From positions 992,001 to 1,056,000 of the forward strand of contig MCFH01000005.1 in the NCBI GenBank assembly GCA_002104945.1: DNA of 64,000 bases, in the 5' to 3' direction. This stretch comes from Piromyces finnis finn (lineage: Eukaryota > Fungi > Neocallimastigomycota). How positions within the stretch are numbered: the first letter of the stretch is position 1; the number at the start of each line of letters is the position of its first letter. A program made the translations under genes and the position numbers. The notes under the pieces are model-generated. The model worked only from the letters and a program-made list of their open reading frames with translations, was not told the origin of the DNA and did not search any database. Positions 25,661 through 39,394 of the stretch are shown here, in pieces.

Positions 25661-28241
25661 AATTGAAAAGAAACGAAAAAAAAAAAAAAAAGAAATTTTA
25701 TTTTATTTTTTTTTTTTATTTTTTATTTTTTATTTTTTTTTATAAAACTATTCCATTTGGTTTCATAAATTTCTTTTTACTATCTAAAATCTACAACAAA
25801 GTATTTTTTGAGTTTTTTTATTATTTATTTTATTTTTAATGAAAAGAATTTTTATGTTCCTTATCAAATAAAATAAATTAAATAATATTATTCTATAATG
25901 ATATATATTTTTCTCTTTTTTTTTTTATTATTATTGTTGTTGTTAATATATATAGTTATATATACATATATAATTTATATTATTTTTTTTAAAAAATTGA
26001 AAAAAAAAAAAAAAAGAAATATATATATTATAAATTATTGTTAAAAAAAAAAAAGTATTACATTAACATTCTGTAAAGATTAAAAACAAAAGTTTTTTTT
26101 TCTTTTTTTTTTTTTTATAATAATATTATTATAATAAATATAGTATATTTATTATAAAAAATGGAGTGTATAAACTAGTAAAACATAAAATACATAAAAG
26201 AAAAAATTATAATAATAATATTAATAATAAGGAAAAAGAAAAAGAAAAAAAAACCTTTTTGTTTTGGATTTAAATTTTAATCTTTTACATTTATATTAAT
26301 TACCTTTTTTTTTTATTTGAATGCTAATTGAAATTATTCATGGTTTTTTTTTTTTAAATAATGATATTATTATGAAATGTTTAAATGAAAGTTGAGATCT
26401 TGCTTTTTACATGATTTATATCTTTTTTTTTTAAAAAAAAAAAAAAAATATCGAAATCTTATTCTCTTTTAATTCTTTGGATTGAAGATGTGATTTTGTT
26501 GTTTTTTGTTTATTTGTTTTGCTTTTTTTTTTTTTTTTTTTTTTTTGATTTATTTCAACAGTTTACCTTTTATTTTTCATTTTTTTTTTTTTAATTATAA
26601 ATTTTGATATTCACCATTATCAAAATATATATAATATATATTTATAATAATTAATTTTTGTTAAATAAAAATTAAATTTGGAATATTACGTTCCAAACTA
26701 TATCCTAGGATATGTTTATATATACTCTTCAATTTAATATATTAAATTGAAAATAAAGAAATAGTAGTATTAAGAATAAAAAAAAAAAAAAAAAGAATTG
26801 CTATATTAAATATATTAAAAATTAAAAATTTTGTTATTGAAAATTATTAAAGATGTTTATATAGATTAATTTAAATCTAGTATAGGAATCTTTTATACAA
26901 AAAATTATTTTAATCTAAAATAATTAAATTTATTTTACCTTTATTATTTTATGAAATAAAATGAATAAAAATAAAAATAATAAACAATGATAATAATATT
27001 AAAAAAAAAATAGACAAATTTATAAGTTAACAATAATTAAATTATTTATAAATATATATATATATAATTAAAATGAAATTTATTAAAAGGATAATCTATA
27101 TTTTTTTTAATAAAAAAATAATAAATAAACCTGTTTAAATAAATCTTTCTTTTGTTAGAAATTGGTGAATACCATTATATTTTACAAAGATTTTTATATT
27201 TACTTTTGATGATTTTGTTATTTATTTACGTTTGTTTTATTTAATTTTTATTAATTTTTGTTTTGTTTATTTTTCTTTTTTATTGTTTTTATGCATGAGA
27301 TATCAATGGCACACGAATTTAAAAGAATGTTTAATATTAATAGGTATAGAATAAATCTATGAAGTTATATATACACAAATTCATTACTATAAAAATTAAT
27401 TAGTTATTCTCTTAAATTAATATACCACGATATGTGTTTGTTTGTTTGTGAATTTATTTTTATTTTGTTTTATTTTGAGTAATTGCTTACTTTTTTTTGT
27501 TTTATTTTAATTATTGATTGTATTTGTTGACTTTAAATTTTTCTTTGTTTTTCTTATTAGTTTCATTTTTTTATTGATTTGATGTTTTTTTTTTTTTTTT
27601 TTTTTGTAATATTTTAATTTTTATATCATACTAATAAATAATACTTTATATCAAGTATATTATTACTATGAAATAAAAAAAAAAGTTCTCTGTAAAGATT
27701 AATAATAGAATAATACCTATTAGATAATCTTTTATAAAATGATAAAAATATTTATATTAAAAATCTTAAGGATATCTTTTTATATATTACTTTATATGTT
27801 ACTGACTTTACCTTAATCGAAAATTCTTGGATTTAGTTTTTGATTATTATATAGATTTTTCTTTTTTTTGTTTTTTTTTTTTTGTTTTTTTTTTTTTTTT
27901 GTCTTTTTAAATTTGATTATTAATTATTATAATAAAATTTTAATTATCTTTTACTAAATATAAAAATTATATAAAAAAGCTATCATAATTATACTTTTGT
28001 TTAATAAAACAATAAAGTATAAAAATGTATTTCCTTCAGTTTAGGTAATTATAGTTTCTTTTTTTATATAAAAATTTTGAAAAATATAATTCTTATTAAA
28101 AATAGTGAATATCTGTATATATAATATACTCATATTTTGTATGGATTATAGCAATATTTCAATGATTAAAAAAACTTCCAATATATTTCTTTTTTTAAAA
28201 AAAATATTAGTCTTACAATAACAGTAATATTAAAAATAGAC

Positions 28242-28272
<31 letters not shown>

Positions 28273-28483
28273 TATATTTTGTTCTATATAATCATATAAT
28301 ATCTCATTTATTCTTGTCATGAATCATCATGAATAAACTATAAAATTATTTTCAATTTCTTTTTGAAAATAGTATAAGCTGATAAATAAATAGAAATATA
28401 GTTATTCTATATATGATAAAAAAAATTTTTTTTTTCTTTTTTGTCTTATAAAAGAAAATCTCACCAATCATTTTTCTATTATT

Positions 28484-31135
28484 TTAAATAGCAACTTCTA
28501 CTTTACCAGTTTCAGGATTATAACTAATAACAGATCTTTTACAAAGGTTTTGACGTACATGTCTGGTACAAGCATCTGATCTAGCAAATCCTTTAAAACA
28601 ATTCGAACATATGTATGGAGTATCACCGGTATGAATGCGAACATGACGATAAAGATCGTGTTTACGACAAAATTTTCTAGTACAATATTCACATTTATAT
28701 GGTTTTTCATTTATATGTAATCTTAAATGTGCTTTTAATTGGAAATGTTTTAAAAACTCTTTCTGGCAAATATCACATTTAAAATGAGAAGAGTTTTTAG
28801 TTACTCTATAAATATCATCTTTTCTTTTAGCAATAGCTTTATTCTTAACTGGTAAATACTTCAACACAGCTGGCTTATTATTTTTAAAATTATTAATATG
28901 GGAACTAATTGGTTTAAAATCTGAAAGATTAATAGTAACAGTATGCTTTTCTATTGGTTTATTGTTTTCTAATACTGGAGAAGATGATGGAGTAATGATG
29001 GTGGTAGTTGATTCTTTTCTTTTAATATCATCGTTTTTACTTGGTTGTATCTTTGGTAGTATTTGGTGATTAAGAGATGGAGAAGGTGCTACACCTTGAT
29101 TCATGGATATCATTTCATAAGAAGATCCTTTCAATGTAGGTGTAGTAGTAGTAGATAAGTAAGTAGATGTTGGTTGATATGATGAATTTTGAATTGATTG
29201 TAATTGAACTACAACTTGCTGAATAGTATTTTGTTGTGATGATTTTTGCGGTTGTTGTTGTACTGGAACATAAATAGAATTTCTTTCTATTGGTGAATTT
29301 ATAGGGACAGAAGAAGCAGCAACCGATGGTACGTTTGATTGAACAATAACTTGTTGAATTGGTTTAACGAGTTGCTGCACCATAATATTTGAAGCGTATT
29401 GATCATTAGCAACAGTAGGCTGATAAATCACGTGTTGAATTGGTTGTTGAACAACAATCTGTTGAACAGATGAATTTGACTGAACATAAACTTGAGGAAT
29501 ATAATTTACAGCATTATTATTATTATTATTTTCATTATTAACATTATTATTACTATAAATAATACTAGGTGTATTCATAGATCCTACTTGGATATTTGCT
29601 TGATTTGGTTGTTCTAATGAAACCTGAACTTGGCAATTTGTTGGGTATTGAAATGAAACTTTAATATCATTGGCATTGCTTTGTTTTGGAAGAAGTAATC
29701 TATTAATTAATGGGCTTTGGTGGATATTGGATGAGGAAGAAGCAATTGTTGTTGGTGTTATATTAGAAACACTTTCTAAATTTTGTTCAACTCTTAATGG
29801 TGTTAACTATGAAATGAATTTATACAAATTATTAATGTTAATAGGATAATTAGAGTTAATAAATAAAACTAAAAATTGTCTTTCGTTATAATTATAATAA
29901 CAAATAAATAATTTGATAATATTACATATTTTAATTCCTGCTTTCTTTTATCATAAAAACATGTATTTTTTTTATGATGTAATGGTTGTTGGTGTAATTT
30001 CCAATTACCATTGATATTAACATAATTTAAATTTTCTTGTGTTTGTTGACTTATTGTTGAGGATTGGTTTTGATTTACATCATTTGTATTCAAATCCCTT
30101 TGATTATTAATATTGGAAAAAAAAGTTTGAGTATTCAATTGTGGATTATTATTATTAAAGAAAGTATTTTTTGAATTATTTTCATAATTACATTGGGTGA
30201 AAGAATAATCATCCACAACACTACTATTACTATTTAAAGTTAATGATGAAACCGGTGTTGAACTATCATTTCTTGAACTTGGTGTTAATGTAGCATTTGA
30301 ATCAATGAAACTACAGGGTGAATTAACCCTAATTTTTGGTGAAACTGGAGATAATGGATATGCTGTAAAAAAAATTATTATGATTATTATGATAATATCT
30401 TTCAATGGAAATTATAACAACAATCTTAAGAATTTTTTATACTTACATTTTAAATTTTGGTGTTGATTCCTGAAATTACCAGTATTTTGCTGAATAAATG
30501 GAATTGATGGTGTAATTACTGTCGTAACAGTAGTTGAATTACTAAGTTCAGGAATTTGAATTTCTTTTGGTTCTGGAGTTGATAAATTATTTTTTTCTAT
30601 TATAATTATTTATAATATAATAATATATATTAAAAATTCAAATTTAAAAATTTAATCACATTGATTTTATCTAATTAAACTGAAATAATTAATCAAGAAT
30701 AATAAAAAAAAAACACTGATTTTTATATATTTACCTCTTGCAACATTATAAATCCCTAAAGAAGATTTTTTATCAGGTAATGGTAAAATATTAATACCTT
30801 CAGTAGCATCAGCCAATACACTAAAGTATTGTTTCAATGGTTCTCCACCCATTTTCTTTTCACCAACAAGATTTTCAGCACTTTGACAGAAAAGGGCTAT
30901 AGAAAAAATATCATAGATAAGGTTTTAATATAAAAGTTATTATATAATAAATACTGATATAAAAATAATTACTATTCTTTGAAACAAAGGCGTTAGAATC
31001 GTTCATTAAATAATCGTTACTAGAATTCATTAGGTTTGGGATACTTTGATTAAAATCTAAGGAGAACTTAATACTATCAGCCGAAATATTATACGGATAG
31101 GGAAAAGAAGATATTTGTGGACTTAAACTACTCAT
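28484..31135 (-). CDS. C2H2 zinc-finger transcription factor (3 C-terminal fingers, long Q/N/S-rich N-terminus, about 5 exons)
   Basis: FKCDICQKEF..H.QLKAHLRLH-INEKP-YKCEYC..F.RKHDLYRHVRIH-TGDTP-YICSNC..FARSDA. The upstream ORFs at 30911-31135, 30667-30852 and 29869-30405 splice in frame. Confidence 0.88.
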
Positions 31136-34100
31136 ATATCTTTTTTTATTTATTTATTTTTTTATTCTTTGTTTAAATAAATTATTTTCTATATTTGTTT
31201 ATATGTAATATCAATTAATTAATTTTAATTGTATAAATTATTATTAGTATTATTTTGTTATACTGTTTAACTAACCTTTAATAAATATATTTAATAAATT
31301 ATATTAATGACTTAATTGAAATTACTGCTATAATTTTTATACTATTATTTTTTTTATAAAAATTATTATAAATAAATATATTTTTATTGATAAAAACTGG
31401 TTATAAATTTTTATCTCTATATTGCTAATGCTAGTTTGTAATAATATCTTATTCTTTCCAAAAAAAATTAAAGTATATTTAATATTTTGGAACAATAAAA
31501 AAATTCTATTAATATTAATAAAAACTTGCTTAAAAAATAATTATTATTATTGTTGTTGTTCTATTGAAAGCTTTTCTAAACTTTTTATTGAAAATTTATA
31601 AATCTATATATAAATAAATATAATCTTTTTATCGTATTTTTAATAAGAATTACATTAATTTTTCTTGTTTTTTTTTAAAAAAAAAAAAAGTTATAATTAA
31701 AAAATTATTAAATATTAATATTATTGGTATTATTAAATTAATTTATATTATATTTTTTTTTTGAATTTATTCTAATATATATTTAATGATATAGCAATAA
31801 TAATAATAAAAAAGTATACTTTTTTTTTATTATTACTTTATATATTAAATTATAATTTTTTATTAAAAAAATGAAATTAATAATTTATTACGTGTGTAAT
31901 AGGTAATAATTTCTTTTTATTCTAAATTATTATTTTTGTTTGCTTGCTTGTTTTCTAAAAAATAATTCTTTACTTTCAAAACATTAATTTTTTATATTAT
32001 TGATATTATTAATTGATTGAAATGAATATATAAACATTGATATTTTATTTTATATAATATTATATATACAAGAGTTTTATTAATTTAAATTTCAAAGAAT
32101 TAAAAGTTTTTATCATTGAAATTATTATCCAAATAATAATAAACTAATAATTATAATATGAAATTCCTTTTGTTTTTATATATAAATTATTCTTTATGAA
32201 AACTAAAAGAAAAAAAAAATCTATATTAAATTAAGTTTTTTTATTGAATATATTATATTATATTATTTTGTCTTTGTAATTAAAGATAATTATATTAGGT
32301 TGTTATTGGTAATAAAAAAATATAATAATATTTTTTTAATTAAAATTTAATTACATAATAATTTATTATTTACTATTTATTATTATTAATAATTGAGGAA
32401 AAACATTCTTTTCTAAATAATAACTAAAAAAGATGTTTTAGCTAATTTTAATATAATTTTATTTTAAGAAAAAATAAATTATTACTTTTTCAATAAATAA
32501 CTTTTTTTAAAAAAAATATTACTTAAACTATTAAATTATATAATTTAAAATTGGATATATAAAAACTATTTTTTTATTATTTTTTAATTATCTTTAATAT
32601 ATTTAATTTGTATTTGTTGCTTTGCTTTTATTTTGCTTTGTTGATATTTTTTATTAATTTACTTTTGTATTGTTTTTTATGCTGTTTTATTCTTTTTATT
32701 TTTTTCGTTTTTGTTTTGCTTTTTTTTTTTTTTTTTTTTTGAAAAATAAAAGTATATAAATAAGTTTATATTTTATCTATCTAAAAAAAAGATTGTTGGT
32801 ATAATTAATATAATTATTTTATTTTTAATAATTAATTATTATTTTTAACATTAACCTATAATTTTAGTTTGATAATATTAAAAAAAAAAAAAACTAATTA
32901 TATATAATAAAATATTATGTAAAACTATTTATTAATAAATATATCTTTCTAATAAAAAATGTAAAGCATAAAATTTTAAATCAAATTTTATAAAACTATA
33001 TTTTGTAATGGATATATTTTATTCTCTTTCTATTCTTGTTTTATTGTATATTATTATATCTAACTACTATTGTATTTTGATATAGTTTATATCAATAACT
33101 TTTTTTTTAAATAAATTTTTAAAACTTAATAAGTCTCTGTATATCAGTTTATTTTTTATTCAAATAAATGGATATACATAAAGACAACTATTATTAAAAT
33201 ATTTATCTACTTTTGTTTTTCTTTTTTTTTTTTTTTTTTTTAAGTTTTTAAAAATGTTTTATTTAAAAACAAAGAAAAATTTTAAAAAAAAATAAAAAAA
33301 AAAAAATTCTTTAAATATTTATATGAAATGAGCACTGAACCTTAATTATTAATTTTTTTAAAATTTTAGAATAAAAAAATTTAATGAAAAAAAAAATAAA
33401 TTAATTTTTTTTAGTTGTAACAGTCCACATTTACTTTTAACACTAAAAATTATCATATATAGGTGCTTAAATTTATTATTGCTAATATCGTTTACTTTAT
33501 TTATGATTTCACAGTCTTATTCTATCCATTAAATTCAATAGATATTAGCAAGTGTAAAGACATAAAAAAAGTGACAATTACTACTTTTTTTCACTTTACA
33601 TTGTACAACTCATTCATTAATTTTTAACTGTTAAACTTTAGAAATTAAAAAAGTGCATTATTAATTATTAAAATATATTATGAATGCATATCATTATATA
33701 CCATTGTATGTATAATAAATTATAATTTAATATATTATATATATCAATGATCTAAATATTAAAATTCTGAATTTTTATTGGATAAAACATAATGAAAATA
33801 TTATAATTAAAAGTAAACTTTATTTATTATAAAATACTTCATAAATATAAATGAATATGAAATGGGAAACCTTTTGATATTATATAAAATAATATATGAT
33901 ATATATAAATTTAATTATATCTTTAATATATATCAAGATATATATTAAAAAATTGTAATATAAATTTAATATTTATTATTAATAAATCAATTTAGTTTAT
34001 TTAGTTTCAAAATGTATTAATTAATCCATTAAATATTTAGTTTTTTTTATACGTTATATTATAAATATAATAATACTATATAGAAAATTTATCATAAGTA

Positions 34101-37100
34101 TATTAATTTTTCTTCATACTTATTAATATTATTTTTTTTGAAAAATGAAAATAGTTAGATAGGAATAAAAAAAATATTTTTCTATATAAATTCGATTTTT
34201 TCTTTTAAAATATAATGAATTTCTAACTATAGATTTTCACCATTTTATTTTAAGGATAGCCCATTTTTTATATCTATTAAAGTTTATAAAAAGGTAGGAC
34301 AAATTTTAACATTCTATTAATGGATAAGATTCAATATGAGTAAAAATTAATCAATATTATGTACATTATACAATATATTATTTTATGTATAGTATACTCT
34401 ATAAAAATCATTTTATACAATGCTTTAATATTTAATTTATTTACTATAAATTAAAGTTTAAAGTTTAAAAAATAAAGCAGAAAAAAATAAATGATATTCA
34501 TTTCATTGATAAAACTAATAAAAATGAATACTATTTCATGATTTTCCTTGAATTAATAGTATAATATAAAGATGACATTAGAGCTTTTCATTCATCTAAT
34601 ATAAATATTTTTTTCTATACATAATATTGCATTTTTTTAATATATGAAATATTGTAATATATATTTCAATTGATTAAAAAATCTAGAGTATTTAAATAAA
34701 TTGTTATCTTGTTAATTAATTATTTTAAATTAAAAAATTATAATAAAAAAAATTTATAGTAAATTTTGTTTCAATTTCAAAGTTATCCATTTTATTATTA
34801 TTATATTAATCACTTTACTAATAATTAAAGTTTTTGATAATTAAAAAAATGAACAAATAAAAAATTAGATTTGGTTTAATATAACCATTTTAAGAAATTT
34901 AAAACAACATTACATATTATATGTAAAATTAAATACTTTGTAATTAAAAAAAAAGTGCATGCATAGAAAACGTTATCAGCAGCTAAGCAAAAAAAAAAAT
35001 AGTACTAAATAATAAAATAGCAATTTCTTTATGTTTAAATATATATTACCATTAAATAAATTAAAATAATATAGGTAAGCACTTTAGTGTTCAATTTCAA
35101 AAGTTTCTAATGTAGAAATAACAGTTTATTAAAAAAAATAAAAAAAAAAATACAAATAAAAAATAAAAAACTATTAAAATATATTTTATTTTTATTGTTT
35201 CACCACCAATACAACGGTAAGGAAATAAAATTCAGTAATATACATTATTATATATAATTGATTAAATATCCAAGTAAAACAAAATTATAAACAATACTAT
35301 TTATTTAACTAAAAAAAAAAAGTCTTTACACTTTTCAACCATAATAGGAAAATAATTTTAAAAAAAAGAGTCCATATAGTAATTATTTATACATTGTACA
35401 TTATATGAAAAAAATTTTTTTAACATTAAAAAGAAAATAGGTATAGCTTATTATGATGCTAATAATGATGATTATCAATAATAATTATCCACATCATTAA
35501 AAATAACTATCCATCATTATTTTTATTATCATTATTATTTTTATTATTATTCTATTTAATATTAATTATCTTTGATAATTTTAAACCTTATTCTTTCATT
35601 TTTCATGTAATAACATATATTATACAATACAATTTGAATGTAATTTTTTTAGTATGTTTAATGGTATAAAAATTTAGTAAAAATATCCTTTTATCCACAT
35701 TTATAACTTTCCTTTAGTCATTCATTAGGTAAAATAGTGGTTGTAATATCAAATACCCTTTTTTTAAACAAGGATTATTCATTTTACATAAACTTTTTTA
35801 CCACTTAAAATTTTGGATTTTGGATTTATCATCATTTACAATACACCAAAAGGTAATTTCGGTTAAATAGAAAAACAATTCTCCGATTTATTCCGAACTG
35901 GTTTATAAGGAAATATAACTTTAAACTTTATTAAATAGTAGATTAATAATTTAAAACTTAATTTCGTTTCATATTTTTTTTTCTGAAGTATTATATAGAT
36001 TTTAATTTTTCATTTCTATTTTTAGATATTTCAAAAAATGAATAAATATATTTTGATTTATAATAGAAACTATATTAAAGTATATATATTACTATATATT
36101 TTTAAATATATTTAAATATATTAATTTATATAAACATAAATTATTTTAATTTTTATACTAAATTTTTTATTGTATTAATTAGTTTATTCTTTAATATATT
36201 AAAATATAAAATAAGTGTATATTATATATATTATATGTATAATACAATTAATATTTTAATATATTTAATTTTTTGTTTTTTTTTGTTATTTTTTTTGTTT
36301 TTTGTTTTTAGTTGGAATAAATAATTAAATTTTAATTTAAAATAAATTAAATTCTGTTAAAAATTAAAGATTAATTTATTTAATTAAATATAAATTAATA
36401 TTATACTTTTATGATAATAAACTATAATAATTATTTATTTAGTTAATTTTTTGTTCATTTAAATTTAAATTTAAATATGAAAATGGTTCTAGACTTTGTA
36501 CACTCAATAAAAGTATTAATTTAAAATGATATATTAATATTCTTGTATTAATATATGAATAACAATATGTAAAATGATGAATCATTCGATTTGTTCCCAA
36601 AAAAAAAAAAAATCAGGTTCTAGTTCTAGTAAAAATAAAAAACTTTTCCCCATACTAACATAATAGTAATAACGATTTTTATTTCAATTCTTTTGAAAAA
36701 AAAATAAGATTTCAGAATTAAATTAAAATATTTTAGAGTTAACTCTATATTTATCAAACGTGATAATATTCCATTCTTGAGATTAAATTTCGCTATTTCA
36801 ATATATTATAGTATATTAATGAAATAAAGAAATAAAAAAAAAAGAGACATATATATTAATAATGAAATGAAAAACGTTTCAATTTGTTTTAATTAATATT
36901 AAATAGTATGGATGGTGTGTTTTATTTATGATTATAGTGTTTCATATGAAATGAAAATGTTTTAATTTCTATCCCATTTGTTTGCTTTTTTTAAAAAAAA
37001 AATCTATTTATATTATGTATTTTTATTTCAATTATACTTTTTTTATTAATCTTAACATTTTAACCTTAATTTGTAATATAAAGCATCCTTGTTATAGGTT

Positions 37101-38492
37101 TTTCCTTAAAATTAAAAGTTCTTGTATTGCAGGGTATGGTTGGCATTTCTTTTTAATAATAGTCTTGTGTTGCTGTTATTCTCTATCAAAATACAAAATT
37201 TAAAATTTTAAACATTTTTCTAAATATAGTATAAATTGCTTTAATCATTTTTTTTTTTTTTAAATCCAAATATGGCTAAATAAATACTTTGAAATAATAA
37301 TGAACAAACTCTGTACACAAGAAGAATAATGAACAAAAGTAATAATTATTTTTCCATATTAGTATGACAAAACCTTTTTTTTTTTTTTTTAATAATTATT
37401 AATAATACTAATGAATATATAATAATGCTAAATAATAAATAATATAGGATGAAATTAGGAATAATAATCAAATATTAGTAGTGTGGATAATGATAAATTT
37501 AATAATTAAATTTTAGTATAATCTTTTTTTTTTTTTGTTTAAAAATATCATTGATATTTAAAGAAATAAGCAATATGAATAGATCAGTGATGATGATGCT
37601 TTAATTCCAAATGATCAGAGTATACTTTTATTATAACAAAATATAGTTTAAAAGTTTTATTTTTAAAATAAAAAAAAAAAAGTAATAGAAAAATAGAATT
37701 TTCCTTTTTGATTGGTTGAAATTAATAATCAGAAATAGAATACTAACATTAAATAAATATTATCATAATATCTATTGTACATTAACATTATATACAAAAA
37801 AAATAAATTACATTTTAATATTTTATCATATAATTTCTTTATTAAATCTATTTATCCTTCCTAAATTAGATTATATCTCCCTTTTTAATAAAAAAAAGGT
37901 AAATAATAATAGTGGTACTTTTCATCAATTAGTATATAACAAATAACAAAAAACTAAAAGAATACTAAATGATTAATTATACTTATAATTGTTAAAAAAA
38001 ATAGATAGAAAAATATATTTTAATGTTTTGGTATTTTTATAAAATACTAACCCATAATATCCACTCTTATATTTCATAAAAATTAAAATATATATATGTA
38101 TGCTGTTGTTTATGATATTTAATAGGAATATTAAAAATAACATATTGTTTTAAATACATATAATGTTATTCTATATTGTATTAATATTATATTTATTCTT
38201 TGAAAGATAGAATAGATTAAAGGATCTTTATTAAAATCTTTACTTATTTCGATGGAGATAATTATAGTTTTTTAAAAATTAAGGGTTATGTTATGGGTAA
38301 ATTAAATAAAATATGAAAAGTATACATTAATTAAAAAGGTTAATTAAAATCATGGCTTTTAATTAAAATTATCAATAATTATAAAGCGATAAAGCTTCCT
38401 CTTTTTTTAAATTCACTATGATACAAATAGTAGTAAAGAGAGAGAGAATAATATCTATTATTAAAAGATGAATTTTTACCTTCATAATATTT

Positions 38493-38622
38493 AATTATTA
38501 AATAGATATAAATATACTAGAGTTGTTTATTATTATCTTTTTTTTTTTTTTTTTTAAGATGTTATAATTATTAAATAGATATAAATATACTAGAGTTATT
38601 TATTATTATCTTTTTTTTTAAG
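38493..38622. repeat. Two-copy tandem duplication (about 45 bp core plus T-tract)
   Basis: aattattaaatagatataaatatactagagtt(g/a)tttattattatc(t)n-aaga occurs twice, about 73 bp apart. Confidence 0.85.
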
Positions 38623-39394
38623 AATATAACTGTTATATCAATCATGTTATTATTAATAACTTATTATTTTAAATTATAATATTAAAGAATCTTTATTATT
38701 AAATAAATATATATATATATAATATATAAAAAATAAAATCTTTTTCGCTTTATATTTTTGAAATAATAACTTTTTAAAAAAATTTAAAATTACTCAATTA
38801 TTTTATTATATTTTTACTTTTTTTTCTATTTGATTTGAATATTAAAAAAAAAAAAAACTTACTTAATATAAAATCCAATTTAAAAAGTAAATAATATGTT
38901 TAATAGAAATTTCATTATTATTTTTTTTTTTTTATTTATTCATTTATTTATTTGATTTTTAATTATATAAATTGAAGGAAATATTGATTTCCTAATTTTC
39001 TATAATAACAACAATATTATTTTTTTATACATTCATTTACATATAACTTAAATTATTGAAAAGAGCATATAATATTTTATTTTTTAATATTAGATATATT
39101 CATACCTTTGAATATTAGATATGGAAAAAAATTAATATTTAAATATATTTATTTTATTATTTGATTGTTTATAGATATTTATTAAATAATATTAAATTAA
39201 AATTATATTAACATAGTTGTGGAAAAAAAAAGTTTTTTTTTTTTTTAAATGTACATTATATAAATAAATATATATATTTATATTATTTTTATACCAATAT
39301 ATTATTATTGTTTTATTATTTATTATTTTTTTTAATATATAAATATATATATATCTTTTTTTTTTTCTTCGATGCTGTTTTTTTTGAAATTATC

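Noticed and set aside
26677-26717. Short palindromes (tttggaa/ttccaaa and atatcctaggatat)
   Set aside because: Too short to separate from chance in AT-rich DNA.
37082-37142. GC-enriched patch with a weak hairpin and a 73-aa ORF (36982-37203)
   Set aside because: The stem is about 14 bp with several mismatches, and the ORF has no recognisable motif or ATG start.
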